Below are positions 17,737 to 27,913 of a stretch of 56,852 nucleotides of DNA, in pieces. Every line of letters starts with the position of its first letter. Positions within the stretch are counted from its first letter, which is position 1. This DNA is from Verrucomicrobiota bacterium (lineage in GTDB: Bacteria; Verrucomicrobiota; Verrucomicrobiia; Limisphaerales; UBA9464). The translations under genes and the position numbers were made by a program. The notes beneath the pieces were generated by a model. It ran no database searches and was not told where the DNA came from. It was given only the letters and a program-made list of their open reading frames with translations. The DNA lies in contig JAYUSF010000086.1 of the NCBI GenBank assembly GCA_043755815.1, forward strand, positions 1 to 56,852, in the 5' to 3' direction.

Positions 17737-18264
17737 ATGCCCGCTTCAACACTCAACGGTTCCCAGCGCATTGGCCTGATCGCCGCGGGCGTTTTTTTTG
17801 CCGACCAACTGACGAAATTCATCGTGCTGCGGTTCCTCGACCTGCATGACGAACGCGTGGTGCTCGACGGCTTCTTCAAGTTCGTGCACTGGGGCAACAC
17901 GGGCGCGGCGTGGAGCATGTTCCGCCACAACAACGGTCTCCTCGCCGTCGTGTCCGCCGTGGCCATGGTCGCGCTGTGGATCTTCCGCCGGCACTTCGAA
18001 GCCCATCGGATCCTCGGCCAGGTCGCGCTCGGCTTCCTCTTCGGCGGCATCACCGGCAACCTGCTGGACCGCGTGTTGCCGAGCCGGCAGCACGTCATCG
18101 ACTTCCTTTACTTCTACGTGAGCCCACGGGGCGGCGGCGAAGTCGGGTTTCCCGCCTTCAACCTAGCGGATTCGGCCATCTGCACCGGCGTCGGACTGCT
18201 CATCCTGCTTTCATGGCGGGCCGAACCGCGTCCCGAAAACCGGTCGCCGGCGGAAGCGAAGTGA
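17737..18264 (+). CDS. lspA: Signal peptidase II
   Basis: DQLTK, NTGAAWS, GGITGNLLDR, VIDF, PAFNLADSAI. Confidence 0.95.
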   Translation: MPASTLNGSQRIGLIAAGVFFADQLTKFIVLRFLDLHDERVVLDGFFKFVHWGNTGAAWSMFRHNNGLLAVVSAVAMVALWIFRRHFEAHRILGQVALGFLFGGITGNLLDRVLPSRQHVIDFLYFYVSPRGGGEVGFPAFNLADSAICTGVGLLILLSWRAEPRPENRSPAEAK

Positions 18265-19205
18265 ATCCGGGCCCATCGCCAGCACCCGTGCTCCTTGCCG
18301 GGCCGACGGCTTCCGGAAAATCGGCCGTGGCGCTCGCCCTGGGGGAACGGTTGGGCGGCGAAATCATCTCGGTCGATTCGATGCAGGTGTATCGCGGCCT
18401 CGACCTGGGCACGGCGAAGCCAACGGCCGATGAGCGCGCCCGGGTGCCGCATCATCTGGTCGACTTCATGGAACTGACCGATGCCTTCGACGCCGCGAAG
18501 TTTGTTCAGCTCGCCACCGCGGCCGTCACCGAGATCCAGGCTCGCGGCCGGGTCCCGATCCTGGTGGGCGGCACGGGCCTGTATTTCAATGCCTGGCTCA
18601 ATGGCCTGGGTGAGGCGCCGCCGCCTGATCCCGCGCTTCGCGCCGAACTGGAAGCCCTGCCCCTCGCCGCCCTGCTGGACGAACTCGCCCGGTGCGACCT
18701 GCCCACCTTTGACGAGATCGACCTCGAGAACCGGCGCCGGGTCGTGCGCGCCGTGGAGGTCATCCGGCTCACGGGCCGCCCCTTTTCGCAGCAACGAGCC
18801 GCCTGGCCGGAGCGGGCGCCTACGCTGGCCGGGCGCAGCTTCGGGCTGCAGCGGCCGCGCGAGGACCTCGTTCGGCGGATTGATCAGCGGGTGGAGCAAA
18901 TGTTTCGGGCCGGTCTCATTGAAGAAACGCGCCGCCTGTTGGGCCAGGGATTGGAGCTCAACCGCACCGCCATGCAGGCCATCGGCTACCGGCAGGTCGT
19001 GGAACACCTGCGGGGCGAACGCGGACGCCTGGAAACCATCGAGCTGGTAAAGGTCCGCACCCGGCAGTTCGCCAAACGGCAACTGACGTGGTTCCGCGGT
19101 CAGTTAGACTTGGAGTGGGTCGAGGTTTCTTGGGAGGAAAGTGCGATGGAAACCGCCGGCCGACTGCTCGTCCAGTTGGCGGCGCCCCGGCTGGCCGCCC
19201 AATAA
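18261..19205 (+). CDS. miaA: tRNA dimethylallyltransferase
   Basis: GPTASGKS, DSMQVY.GLD.GTAKP, PHHL.D, GGTGLY, AIGYRQ, TRQFAKRQLTWFR. The GTG start overlaps the lspA stop. Confidence 0.96.
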   Translation: MNPGPSPAPVLLAGPTASGKSAVALALGERLGGEIISVDSMQVYRGLDLGTAKPTADERARVPHHLVDFMELTDAFDAAKFVQLATAAVTEIQARGRVPILVGGTGLYFNAWLNGLGEAPPPDPALRAELEALPLAALLDELARCDLPTFDEIDLENRRRVVRAVEVIRLTGRPFSQQRAAWPERAPTLAGRSFGLQRPREDLVRRIDQRVEQMFRAGLIEETRRLLGQGLELNRTAMQAIGYRQVVEHLRGERGRLETIELVKVRTRQFAKRQLTWFRGQLDLEWVEVSWEESAMETAGRLLVQLAAPRLAAQ

Positions 19206-19237
19206 AAACCCGGCAAACGCGTTGAGCGGCTGCCGGG
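19204..19237 (-). terminator. Intrinsic terminator-like hairpin with a U-tract on the minus strand
   Basis: AAAAA-CCCGGCA...TGCCGGG; the stem could also stop miaA transcription. Confidence 0.5.
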
Positions 19238-19390
19238 CACAGGAGGAACCGAGGCTAAAACCCCAGAGAACGGGGTAACCCTACTGACGTCCAAACTCCA
19301 GTCAAACGGTGACTTCAGGCGCATGGGTGGGTGGAGCCTGTAATCATGGGTAATTGGCGAGGGGCGCGAGCCTGGGCCAGCACGTCTTTC

Positions 19391-19492
19391 GATGCAGGTT
19401 TGCCAACAAGCACGCCTTGGGGATTCCGGTTTGTGGGCACGCTGAGCTCCCGTTGCGGCCGGCCACACGGCTGCAAACTCGACGCCCGTGTT
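19391..19492 (+). promoter_or_regulatory. Leader region copy 1 (paralogous to 21301-21403)
   Basis: Manual alignment gives 77/103 identity with one gap, including the exact 19-mer CGGCCGGCCACACGGCTGC at 19456-19474 and 21367-21385. Confidence 0.7.
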
Positions 19493-19630
19493 TCTGGAGA
19501 GACCTTCTTCCAGCCTGCGCAACCGCTCAACACTGAGCCTCACTGATTCGGTGGCGCGGACTAGTTGTAAACATCTTTGACATCCAACTCGTCGCGCCTA
19601 CAGGTCTTTCAACCAGCAATCATTTCAATA

Positions 19631-21193
19631 ATGTATAACCAAACACGCATGTCCCTCTACAAAAGTTCGTTCGCACTTGTTTTGACACTTTTCGCCAGCT
19701 CAGTCGTTGCGATAACGGCTTGTGGTGCAAGTTCTCAGCCTTTGCTCATCTCCGTTACTGCAGAACCTACATTCCCGGTCAGCTCGCCAGTGTTATTATC
19801 GGATGATGCGTCTTTGACATACACCTATTTGTTTGCTGTGAACAGTGGGGCGGTTATTGAGAATTGCGGCTTCGCCGATTCATCGATCTGTGCGGTAACT
19901 GAGGAATATCTAGTCCGATACAAAAAAACCAACCCCTCGGTGGGGGTTGTTTCAGTGGATCGCGGTGCTACGATGAAGGTGTATGACGTGATCAGGGACA
20001 CTTGCACCGTCTACCAAAACCAGATCACCCAGCACGCGGATACAAGGGTTGGAACCAGCGCCGGAGCAAACTACAACGCTGACAAAAGCTGTGCGCTAGC
20101 TGTGACATCCATCTATGGCTTTCCAAGCGGAACGACAACGTCTCTGAACGGAAGCAATCGCACTGGAAGTGTCACAGTCGCAAACCAGGATTGGTGGATT
20201 CACGACTCTTGTTGCACGCTGCAGCTTGGTGCGGCTGGTCGTCGCCTATACTACTCGCTGACGATTACCCTGACGGCTCCCAGTTCCGGGTCGAACCCCA
20301 CAATACCCACAGTTCCCGCAGTTTCTGTCGGATCCATGGGGGTCGGAGGAGGCTCGCCAGTCAGTTCAACGCTGCCGCCGCAAATCATCGGGAGCTATTT
20401 TGACGAATCTGGGATTTTCAAGTTCCCAGTGACAATCCCTGCAAGCAGCTCGGTTGTAGTAGAGAAATCTTCTGATTTATCTGTTTGGCAGACACTCACC
20501 TCCGTCTCAGGCGGCACAACTACGGCCATCCAGTTCATCACAGACAGTCAATCCACCTCAACACAGGTTCAGTTTTACAGGGCACGTATAGGGACGGTTT
20601 ACTCTAAGACGATTGGCTTCAGTAAGCTTTCAAAGCCAGCCGGGAAGGAATCCGCTCTGTGGGCAAATCCGTTCTTCAGTGGTATCGATAACCAAGTGTC
20701 ACGTGTCATTCCGAATGTCCCGGTAGGAACCAAGATATATCTCGGAACCGAAGCGCCGAGTTCTCCTGGTTGGCTGAGTGCAGTGACTTATGACGGTTTA
20801 GGTTGGAGCGCACCCAGCACGCTGTTGAATCCTGGCAGGGGGTTCTTTCTTCAGAATACAAACGCAGTCACTCTTAATCTTCATGGATATGTTGGTGAAG
20901 GAACTCTTTCAGTCGACGTCCCATCCACGGCGCGAGTTCGAAGCTCCATCTTGCCTCGGAGCGGCGCAATGTCGCAGTCTGGGCTTTGCTTCAGCCAGGG
21001 TGAGAATGATACGATCTCTCTTTGGGATGTTACTAGCCAGTCCTACAAGACTTGGAACTATGTTGATAACGCTTGGGAGGGAGAGTCTATCTCCGCTCCT
21101 CAAGTCGGAGTTGGGGCAGCCTTTTTCCTGAACGGAGCTGCCCGAAACTGGCTTCAATCGTATGTAACTGGCTCCGGAACTACGTGCCCCTAG
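19631..21193 (+). CDS. Low-GC secreted Ser/Thr-rich protein with Verrucomicrobia-type C-terminal modules
   Basis: Signal peptide; E.SSDL..W..L...FYRA module followed by a YS..IG...ANP...W......L.PG.GFF module; markedly more AT-rich than its neighbours. Start is 19631 or 19649. Confidence 0.8.
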   Translation: MYNQTRMSLYKSSFALVLTLFASSVVAITACGASSQPLLISVTAEPTFPVSSPVLLSDDASLTYTYLFAVNSGAVIENCGFADSSICAVTEEYLVRYKKTNPSVGVVSVDRGATMKVYDVIRDTCTVYQNQITQHADTRVGTSAGANYNADKSCALAVTSIYGFPSGTTTSLNGSNRTGSVTVANQDWWIHDSCCTLQLGAAGRRLYYSLTITLTAPSSGSNPTIPTVPAVSVGSMGVGGGSPVSSTLPPQIIGSYFDESGIFKFPVTIPASSSVVVEKSSDLSVWQTLTSVSGGTTTAIQFITDSQSTSTQVQFYRARIGTVYSKTIGFSKLSKPAGKESALWANPFFSGIDNQVSRVIPNVPVGTKIYLGTEAPSSPGWLSAVTYDGLGWSAPSTLLNPGRGFFLQNTNAVTLNLHGYVGEGTLSVDVPSTARVRSSILPRSGAMSQSGLCFSQGENDTISLWDVTSQSYKTWNYVDNAWEGESISAPQVGVGAAFFLNGAARNWLQSYVTGSGTTCP

Positions 21194-21227
21194 CCATTCA
21201 CGTCTCAAGGCAATCCGGATTCATCTT

Positions 21228-21266
21228 CCGCATGGCGGCTCCGTTTGGTGCCGCCATGCGGTTTTT
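21228..21266 (+). terminator. Intrinsic terminator
   Basis: CCGCATGGCGGC-loop-GCCGCCATGCGG followed by TTTTT. Confidence 0.85.
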
Positions 21267-21300
21267 GCTGCTGCCCCGCCTGCTCTCAGTCGCGAGTTGC

Positions 21301-21398
21301 GTTGCAGGATTGTCATCAAGGGCGCCTTGCCTGATTGCGGTTCGTGGGTAGTGTGGGATCGCGTTTCGGCCGGCCACACGGCTGCCAATTTTACATCC

Positions 21399-21403
<5 letters not shown>
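21301..21403 (+). promoter_or_regulatory. Leader region copy 2, ending at the pilin-like ATG
   Basis: Paralog of 19391-19492. Confidence 0.7.
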
Positions 21404-22289
<886 letters not shown>

Positions 22290-22348
22290 CCTCCCAATCC
22301 AGCCTCTTCGTCTCCCCTCCCCCAGTCCCTCTCAACAACTCCCAAAGG

Positions 22349-25300
22349 ATGAAACGCATACTGTCCCTGTTTTTGACCACCGTGTGGGTCGGACTGTCGG
22401 CGCACGCCGACATACTCGCCCAATGGAACTTCAACAACGCCGCCGCCCAGGCCACGCCGAGTGCTGGGGCCGGCACCTTGGGGCCGATCGGCGGAATCAC
22501 CGTCTCTGCCGCCGCCAGTGGCGTCGGCTCGTCGGACCCGGAAAATGCGACCAACGCCGACAATGCCTTCCAAACGACCAAGTATCCGGCCGCCAATGCC
22601 GCCGACCGCACGGCGGGCATTGAGGTCGCCGTCAGCACGGCCGGATTCAAAGACATCCAGTTCACTTTTGACTTCCGCGGCTCGGGCACCGCGAGCCGGA
22701 AATGGGCCGTCCTCTACTCGCTGGATGGCGTGACCTTCGTCGAGGGGGCATTGCAGGAAATCCTGGTCGGCAGCGCGTTCACCAACGGGATCACCCTGAA
22801 TCTCGCGGGCGTTGCCGGCGCCAACGACAACCCGCAGTTCAAGATCCGGGTGGTTTCCACCTTCAATGACGGGGCCGCTTATGCCGGCATCTCCAGCGGC
22901 TACGGCACCGCCGGCACCGCCCGCTTCGACATGCTGACCGTCGCGGGCGAAACGCTGGGTGGCTTGCCGATCGCCGCCGCAATAGTCACCCCGCCCCAGA
23001 GCCGCACCAATTTTGTGGGCACCACCGCCAGCCTGACCGTCAACGCCAGTGGCACGCAGCCGCTGACCTTCGCTTGGGAAAAGGAAGTGAACCCCGGCGA
23101 ATGGCAGGCCGTGAACGGGGGCGTCAACTCCACGCTCACCTTGGCCAACGTCCAGTTGACCGACGCGGGCAAGTATCGGGTGCGTGTCGCCAACGACCAA
23201 GGCTCGGCGGTGAGCGATCCGGCCGAACTGACCGTGCAGGAAGATCCGTCCAGCGTCGTCAGCACCATCGCGCAGCTCCGCGCCAAGGTGGACCCGGTGA
23301 CCTTGACGCCCGCGGATACCACCGCGCTCTACAAGGCGGAAGGCATCGTCACCACCCGCATCAACCTCACCGGCACCGCCGACGCGTTCTTCTATTTTCA
23401 GGACGCCACCGGCGGCATCGGCGTGTTTGTGCGCGGCGGTGCCGGAGCGGTGCCGCCCGCCGGTGCCCAGGTCCGCGTGACCGGACCCTTGGGTCACTTT
23501 AACGGCCTGTTGGAACTGAACCTGGTGGCCACCACGGCGACCCACAAGGTGGAGACGCTTTCGACCGGAAACCCGCTCCCCGAACCGGTGCCGCTGAACT
23601 ACGGGTGGCCGACGACCGCATCGGCCGTCGACGATCCCGGGGTCATCGATGCCGAACTCAACGAGGCGCGGTTGGTCATCGCCACCAACGTGTTGATCGA
23701 TGCCACCTCGCCCACGTTCACGAGCGGATCGAACGTCACCCTGACCGATGCGGCTGATCCGGCCAGGACGTTCACTCTGCGCGTGGATTCGCGGGTGCTC
23801 GACATCATCGGACAGCAAAAGCCCGGCGGGCCGGCGACCATCGTGGGCGTGCTCAGCCAGTTCGACAGCTCCGATCCCCGCGCCGGCGGTTACCAGTTGC
23901 TGCCCACCCGCTACGCCGACATCCGGAGCGCCACCAAGGCCCCCTCCATCCGTTTTACCAACACCCTGTCCAACCTGGTCCGTCCGGGTGACGCCCTCAC
24001 CAACACCTTTGCCGAACAGGTCCTCCGTCCGGGCGAATCCCTCCGCATCGGGTTTTCCGTCACCGACCCCGACGGGCGCCCGGTGGACGTGACGCTCGGC
24101 ACCGCGATCCCGGAGGGCGGAGCATGGAACTTCGCCAGCACCAGCGGGACGACGGTCCAAGGTCAGTTCACCTATACCGCCGCCGCCGCCGCGGCCGGCC
24201 AGGCCTATGACGTCGGCGTTACCGCGAACAACGGATCGGCCAGCTTCACGCAGACCGTCCGCATCTACGTGCCCACCGCCGCGGAACAGCAGGTGGTCAT
24301 CACTGAATTCTACGCCAACCCCGCGTCGACCAACGCCGCGGCCTGGTTCAATCCCCTGAATCGCGCCGAACTCCTGCCCGGCGGGACCGATACCAGCCCG
24401 TCGAACCGCGATGAATTCGTCGAACTCGTGAACCTCTCGGACCAGACCGTCGACCTGTCCGGTTGGATGCTTTCCGACGCGCTCGCCCGGCGGGCCTACC
24501 TCTATCCCGGCACGCCGGGAATCTCGTTGGCACCCTCCAATTCCGTGGTCGTCTACGGCGGCCCGGCCGTGGGCTACTCGCCCCAGCTCGCCGTGCCGGC
24601 GATCGCGGCGGAAGCCGGTCCCGGCGACGCCTTCAGCAACTCGGGCCTCGCGCTCAACAACGACGGCGACACGATTATCCTGCGCAATGCCGATTCGAAC
24701 CTGGTGGCGCGCGTCGTTTATGCGGCGTCCATGACCAGCACGAACGGGTCGATGACCCGATTCCCGACCGACCGCGACGGTTTTGCGGCCCACCGCAGCA
24801 CCGGCCTTCTCCATTGGTCGCCCGGCACCCAGGCCGATGGCCAGGCGTGGACCGCAGGCCAGCCGAGCGCCGATATCGGTCCGGCGTTTACGACGATGCC
24901 GGTTTCGGTGACCGTCGCGGCAGGGACCCCGGCCAACTTCACGGTCGTCGCCACCGGTCTGCCGGCGCCGACCTACCAGTGGCTGCGCGGAGGGGTGAGC
25001 CTGCTGGGCGAAACCGCTTCAGGCTACACGCTCGGCAGCCCGCAGCTGACCGATGACGGAGCCAGCTTTCAGGTGATCGTCGCCAACCGGGCGGGCTCCA
25101 TCACCAGCCCCCCCGTCACCCTCACCGTCACTGCGCCGGTGCCCGAAATCATCCGGACCAACCTCGCCTACCTGCGCTCCCAAGTGGACCCGGTAAACCT
25201 GCGACCGGTCAGCACGACGCAACTTTACGAAGTCGAAGGCATCGTGACCACACACGTGAACCTGACCGGTTCGGCGAACAGCTTCTTCTACCTGCAAGAC

Positions 25301-26059
25301 GACACCGCGGGCATCTCCGCGTTCGTGACCGGCAGGCCGGGAAGCGAAACCCCGCCCGCGGGTGCCCGCGTCCGCATTGTGGGACCCTTGGGCCACTTCA
25401 ACGGGTTGCTGGAACTCAACCTCGTCGCCTCCAATGCGAAGCACGTCGTCGAGGTCCTTTCGACCGGCAACGCGTTGCCGGCGCCGGTGGCCCTCGACTA
25501 CGCCTGGCCCACGTCCGTGACCGATCTGACAGCGGCTTCGCCCGGCGTGGCCGGTGCCGAGGCCAACGAAGGCCGGCTCGTGCGGGTGGACAATGTGCTC
25601 GTGGATTCCTCCACGGGCGGCATCTTCACCGGTGGCTCCAACGTGACCCTTACCGACGGCACCGATTTCGGAAAAACGTTCGTGCTGCGGATTGATTCCC
25701 GGGTGACCGAAATCATTGGCCAGCCAAAGCCGAATGCGACTGAAACCGTGTCGCTCGTGGGCGTGCTTGGCCAGTTCGACAGCACCGACCCCCGTGCGGG
25801 CGGCTACCAGCTGATCGTCACGCGCCGGGCCGACATCATCACCGGCGTTGTCCCCGGCCCGATCACCGCCACCGCGGTGGTTAGTTCAGACAGTGTTACG
25901 CTCAGCTGGAACGCAACCCCGGGCGCCACCTACTCGGTGCTCCGCGGCGCCAACGCGGCGGGGCCATTTCTGCCGGTAGCCAACGGGTTGAACGCCGCCA
26001 GCTACACCGAGGCCACCGCCGGTCGAAACGAGGCGTTTTACCGGATCACCTCACCCTGA
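22349..26059 (+). CDS. 1236-aa secreted protein: Ig-like domains, duplicated OB-fold (DUF5689-like) module, lamin-tail-like domain
   Basis: Signal peptide; internal repeat (about 23261-23923 vs 25156-25837) with FY.QD.T.GI and G.L..FNGLLEL; LTD-like VVITEFYANP...DEFVELVN...DLSGW...LNN.GDTI.L; C-terminal FYRI. Confidence 0.85.
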   Translation: MKRILSLFLTTVWVGLSAHADILAQWNFNNAAAQATPSAGAGTLGPIGGITVSAAASGVGSSDPENATNADNAFQTTKYPAANAADRTAGIEVAVSTAGFKDIQFTFDFRGSGTASRKWAVLYSLDGVTFVEGALQEILVGSAFTNGITLNLAGVAGANDNPQFKIRVVSTFNDGAAYAGISSGYGTAGTARFDMLTVAGETLGGLPIAAAIVTPPQSRTNFVGTTASLTVNASGTQPLTFAWEKEVNPGEWQAVNGGVNSTLTLANVQLTDAGKYRVRVANDQGSAVSDPAELTVQEDPSSVVSTIAQLRAKVDPVTLTPADTTALYKAEGIVTTRINLTGTADAFFYFQDATGGIGVFVRGGAGAVPPAGAQVRVTGPLGHFNGLLELNLVATTATHKVETLSTGNPLPEPVPLNYGWPTTASAVDDPGVIDAELNEARLVIATNVLIDATSPTFTSGSNVTLTDAADPARTFTLRVDSRVLDIIGQQKPGGPATIVGVLSQFDSSDPRAGGYQLLPTRYADIRSATKAPSIRFTNTLSNLVRPGDALTNTFAEQVLRPGESLRIGFSVTDPDGRPVDVTLGTAIPEGGAWNFASTSGTTVQGQFTYTAAAAAAGQAYDVGVTANNGSASFTQTVRIYVPTAAEQQVVITEFYANPASTNAAAWFNPLNRAELLPGGTDTSPSNRDEFVELVNLSDQTVDLSGWMLSDALARRAYLYPGTPGISLAPSNSVVVYGGPAVGYSPQLAVPAIAAEAGPGDAFSNSGLALNNDGDTIILRNADSNLVARVVYAASMTSTNGSMTRFPTDRDGFAAHRSTGLLHWSPGTQADGQAWTAGQPSADIGPAFTTMPVSVTVAAGTPANFTVVATGLPAPTYQWLRGGVSLLGETASGYTLGSPQLTDDGASFQVIVANRAGSITSPPVTLTVTAPVPEIIRTNLAYLRSQVDPVNLRPVSTTQLYEVEGIVTTHVNLTGSANSFFYLQDDTAGISAFVTGRPGSETPPAGARVRIVGPLGHFNGLLELNLVASNAKHVVEVLSTGNALPAPVALDYAWPTSVTDLTAASPGVAGAEANEGRLVRVDNVLVDSSTGGIFTGGSNVTLTDGTDFGKTFVLRIDSRVTEIIGQPKPNATETVSLVGVLGQFDSTDPRAGGYQLIVTRRADIITGVVPGPITATAVVSSDSVTLSWNATPGATYSVLRGANAAGPFLPVANGLNAASYTEATAGRNEAFYRITSP

Positions 26060-26218
26060 CCGGGTGACAGCGCCCCAGCGCCCGGCTGGCAGCCCCGTTC
26101 GGGGGCCGTTTGTGCTACGGGCAAAGCGCCGCAAAAAGGCCAAAAACGGTCGCGCACTGCACAAGCACCGGAGAGCGCGGTGGCATCGTGAGGACGACGG
26201 TGGCGCCAAGGTCCGCTC

Positions 26219-26764
26219 ATGAAAACGCGCGCTCGATGGTTGGTGGTGCTCTGGATGGCCGGAGCTTTGGGTTGGGGCGGGGTGACGGGCCGCTCCGCGC
26301 ACGCAGAGGCTTCGCTGCGCGACACCATGCGCTTCAAGCTGCACTTTGCGCAGGGCGTCTTGGAAGGCATCACGACGGAGAACTTTCCGCTGATCGCCAC
26401 CAACGCCCTGAAGCTGGCCCAACTGGCCCGCGGCCCCGAGTGGTCGGTCCGCGCAACGCCCGACTATGAACGGTTCACGGCGGACTACCTGCGTCAGGCC
26501 GACGCGCTCGCCCGAGCGGCCAAGAGGCAAAACGTCGATTCGGCAACCGTGGCTTACTTCCAACTGACGGTCAGTTGCGTGAACTGCCATCGGCACCTGC
26601 GCGGCGTGGAACCCGTTAAATCTGATCGACCGATCAGCCCCCGAACGCAGTTGATCGCCACCGCCGACCCATCCGCCGGCCGTATGGGGACACCCGGAAG
26701 GTCCGGGCAATTTCCGGGCGGGCTTCCGCAACCCAGGGACGGCCAGCCCGGACCTGTCCGCTAA
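26219..26764 (+). CDS. Secreted class II (c'-like) cytochrome c
   Basis: Signal peptide, helical body and a CVNCH haem motif near the end of the helical domain. Confidence 0.75.
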   Translation: MKTRARWLVVLWMAGALGWGGVTGRSAHAEASLRDTMRFKLHFAQGVLEGITTENFPLIATNALKLAQLARGPEWSVRATPDYERFTADYLRQADALARAAKRQNVDSATVAYFQLTVSCVNCHRHLRGVEPVKSDRPISPRTQLIATADPSAGRMGTPGRSGQFPGGLPQPRDGQPGPVR

Positions 26765-26788
26765 CCTTGGCCGCAGCCGGAGGAATCG

Positions 26789-27100
26789 ATGTCCCGCCGA
26801 TGTTCATTCCGTCAGATTCTCGACGAAGTCCCCACCGCCCAAGGCCGCTGCGAAGTGGTCGCCGCCGCGGAAGGCTCCTACGAGACCGCCGCCGGCCAAC
26901 TGCAGGTGCAACTCGACGCCTTTTTGCGCCCGGTGGACCTGACCCACGCGGAGCGTCACCTGCCGGCCGACTGGCTTCCGCACCCTCAGGTTGTGGACGA
27001 AACGGTGTCCGAAGAAGAAGCCACCGCCGCGACCCGGGCCGTGTTTGAATCGTGGAGCCACCGGGTTCGGCTCGCGCTGGCAAAGCGCCCGGAACGTTGA
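26789..27100 (+). CDS. Hypothetical protein
   Basis: GGAGG ribosome-binding site before the ATG; GC3-rich codons. Confidence 0.7.
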   Translation: MSRRCSFRQILDEVPTAQGRCEVVAAAEGSYETAAGQLQVQLDAFLRPVDLTHAERHLPADWLPHPQVVDETVSEEEATAATRAVFESWSHRVRLALAKRPER

Positions 27101-27356
27101 CCGGGCTGGCCGCCGGGGACGGAAGGCGCCTTTCGATCAGACGCTTCCGGGGTGCATCGTTTCATCGTGACCCCGAGCGTGCATCGCGGGCTGGGCCTCG
27201 TTGGCGCGAGGCTCCGGCCGAGCGGGTAGATCCCACCGGCTCAGCCGGAGCTGCGCGCCACCAAAAAGGTTCCGTCGGAGGGAACTTTCAACAACGTTGA
27301 AACCGTGCCTATCCGGTTTGATGACAAACCGCGAACCGCAGCGCCGGAGGTGCGAC

Positions 27357-27719
27357 AGACAGTAGCCCACAGCGAGAGCTGTGGGTGGTGTGAGGAAAGG
27401 GATGCTCAGCCCCGGCAGGGGCGGCAGAGGGCAGGCGTAGCGGTGCGTTCGCGCGCTGTGTCGGTCGCCCCTACCGGGGCTACCGGGTCCGAACCAAGCA
27501 TCCCACGGCTGACGCCATTGGTATCTACACAAGTCCCCGCTCTCCCCGCGAGGAACGAGTGGGGAGAGAGCCGGAGAGAGGGGAAACCCAATGAAAGCAC
27601 CTCCTCTCCCCCGGCCCTCTCCTCCTTCCTTCGTCAGGAGGAGAGGGAAGAAACCTCAATGGAATCAGCTATCTTTGACTTGTGTAGATACCAATGGCTG
27701 ACGCCGTGGGCTACTGTCT
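27357..27719. repeat. GTAG-type REP inverted doublet
   Basis: AGACAGTAGCCCACAGCGAGAGCTGTGGG and inverted CCCACGGCTGACGCC[insert]GTGGGCTACTGTCT, with internal GCCCC..GGGGC hairpins. Confidence 0.75.
27517..27695. mobile_element. Inner 179-bp MITE inserted in the REP hairpin
   Basis: Perfect TIR ATTGGTATCTACACAAGTC (27517-27535 / 27677-27695); flanking direct repeat GGCTGACGCC (27507-27516 / 27696-27705); contains a CCCTCTCC REP doublet. Confidence 0.85.
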
Positions 27720-27913
27720 TCCGGCCCTCCGGGCCTTTGGCAACAAACCGGATAGGCAAGGTTGAACCGATGCGCCCGACGCGACCCGCCGGCGAGGGCC
27801 GAGAAACTGCGGTCGTTCCCTCGGGGAGGGACTCCAAGTTGGAGCTTTGAGCGGGGCCGCGAAACCGCGCTCCTTCCTTTGCGCCCGTCCCGTTTTCTTC
27901 CAACCTCCCCGCC

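Larger units (their letters stand above)
27306..27758. mobile_element. Outer MITE-like element with 23-bp terminal inverted repeats
   Basis: TGCCTATCCGGTTTGATGACAAA (27306-27328) vs the reverse complement of 27736-27758 match at 21/23; flanks ACGTTGAAACCG / AGGTTGAACCG resemble a degenerate TSD. Confidence 0.6.
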
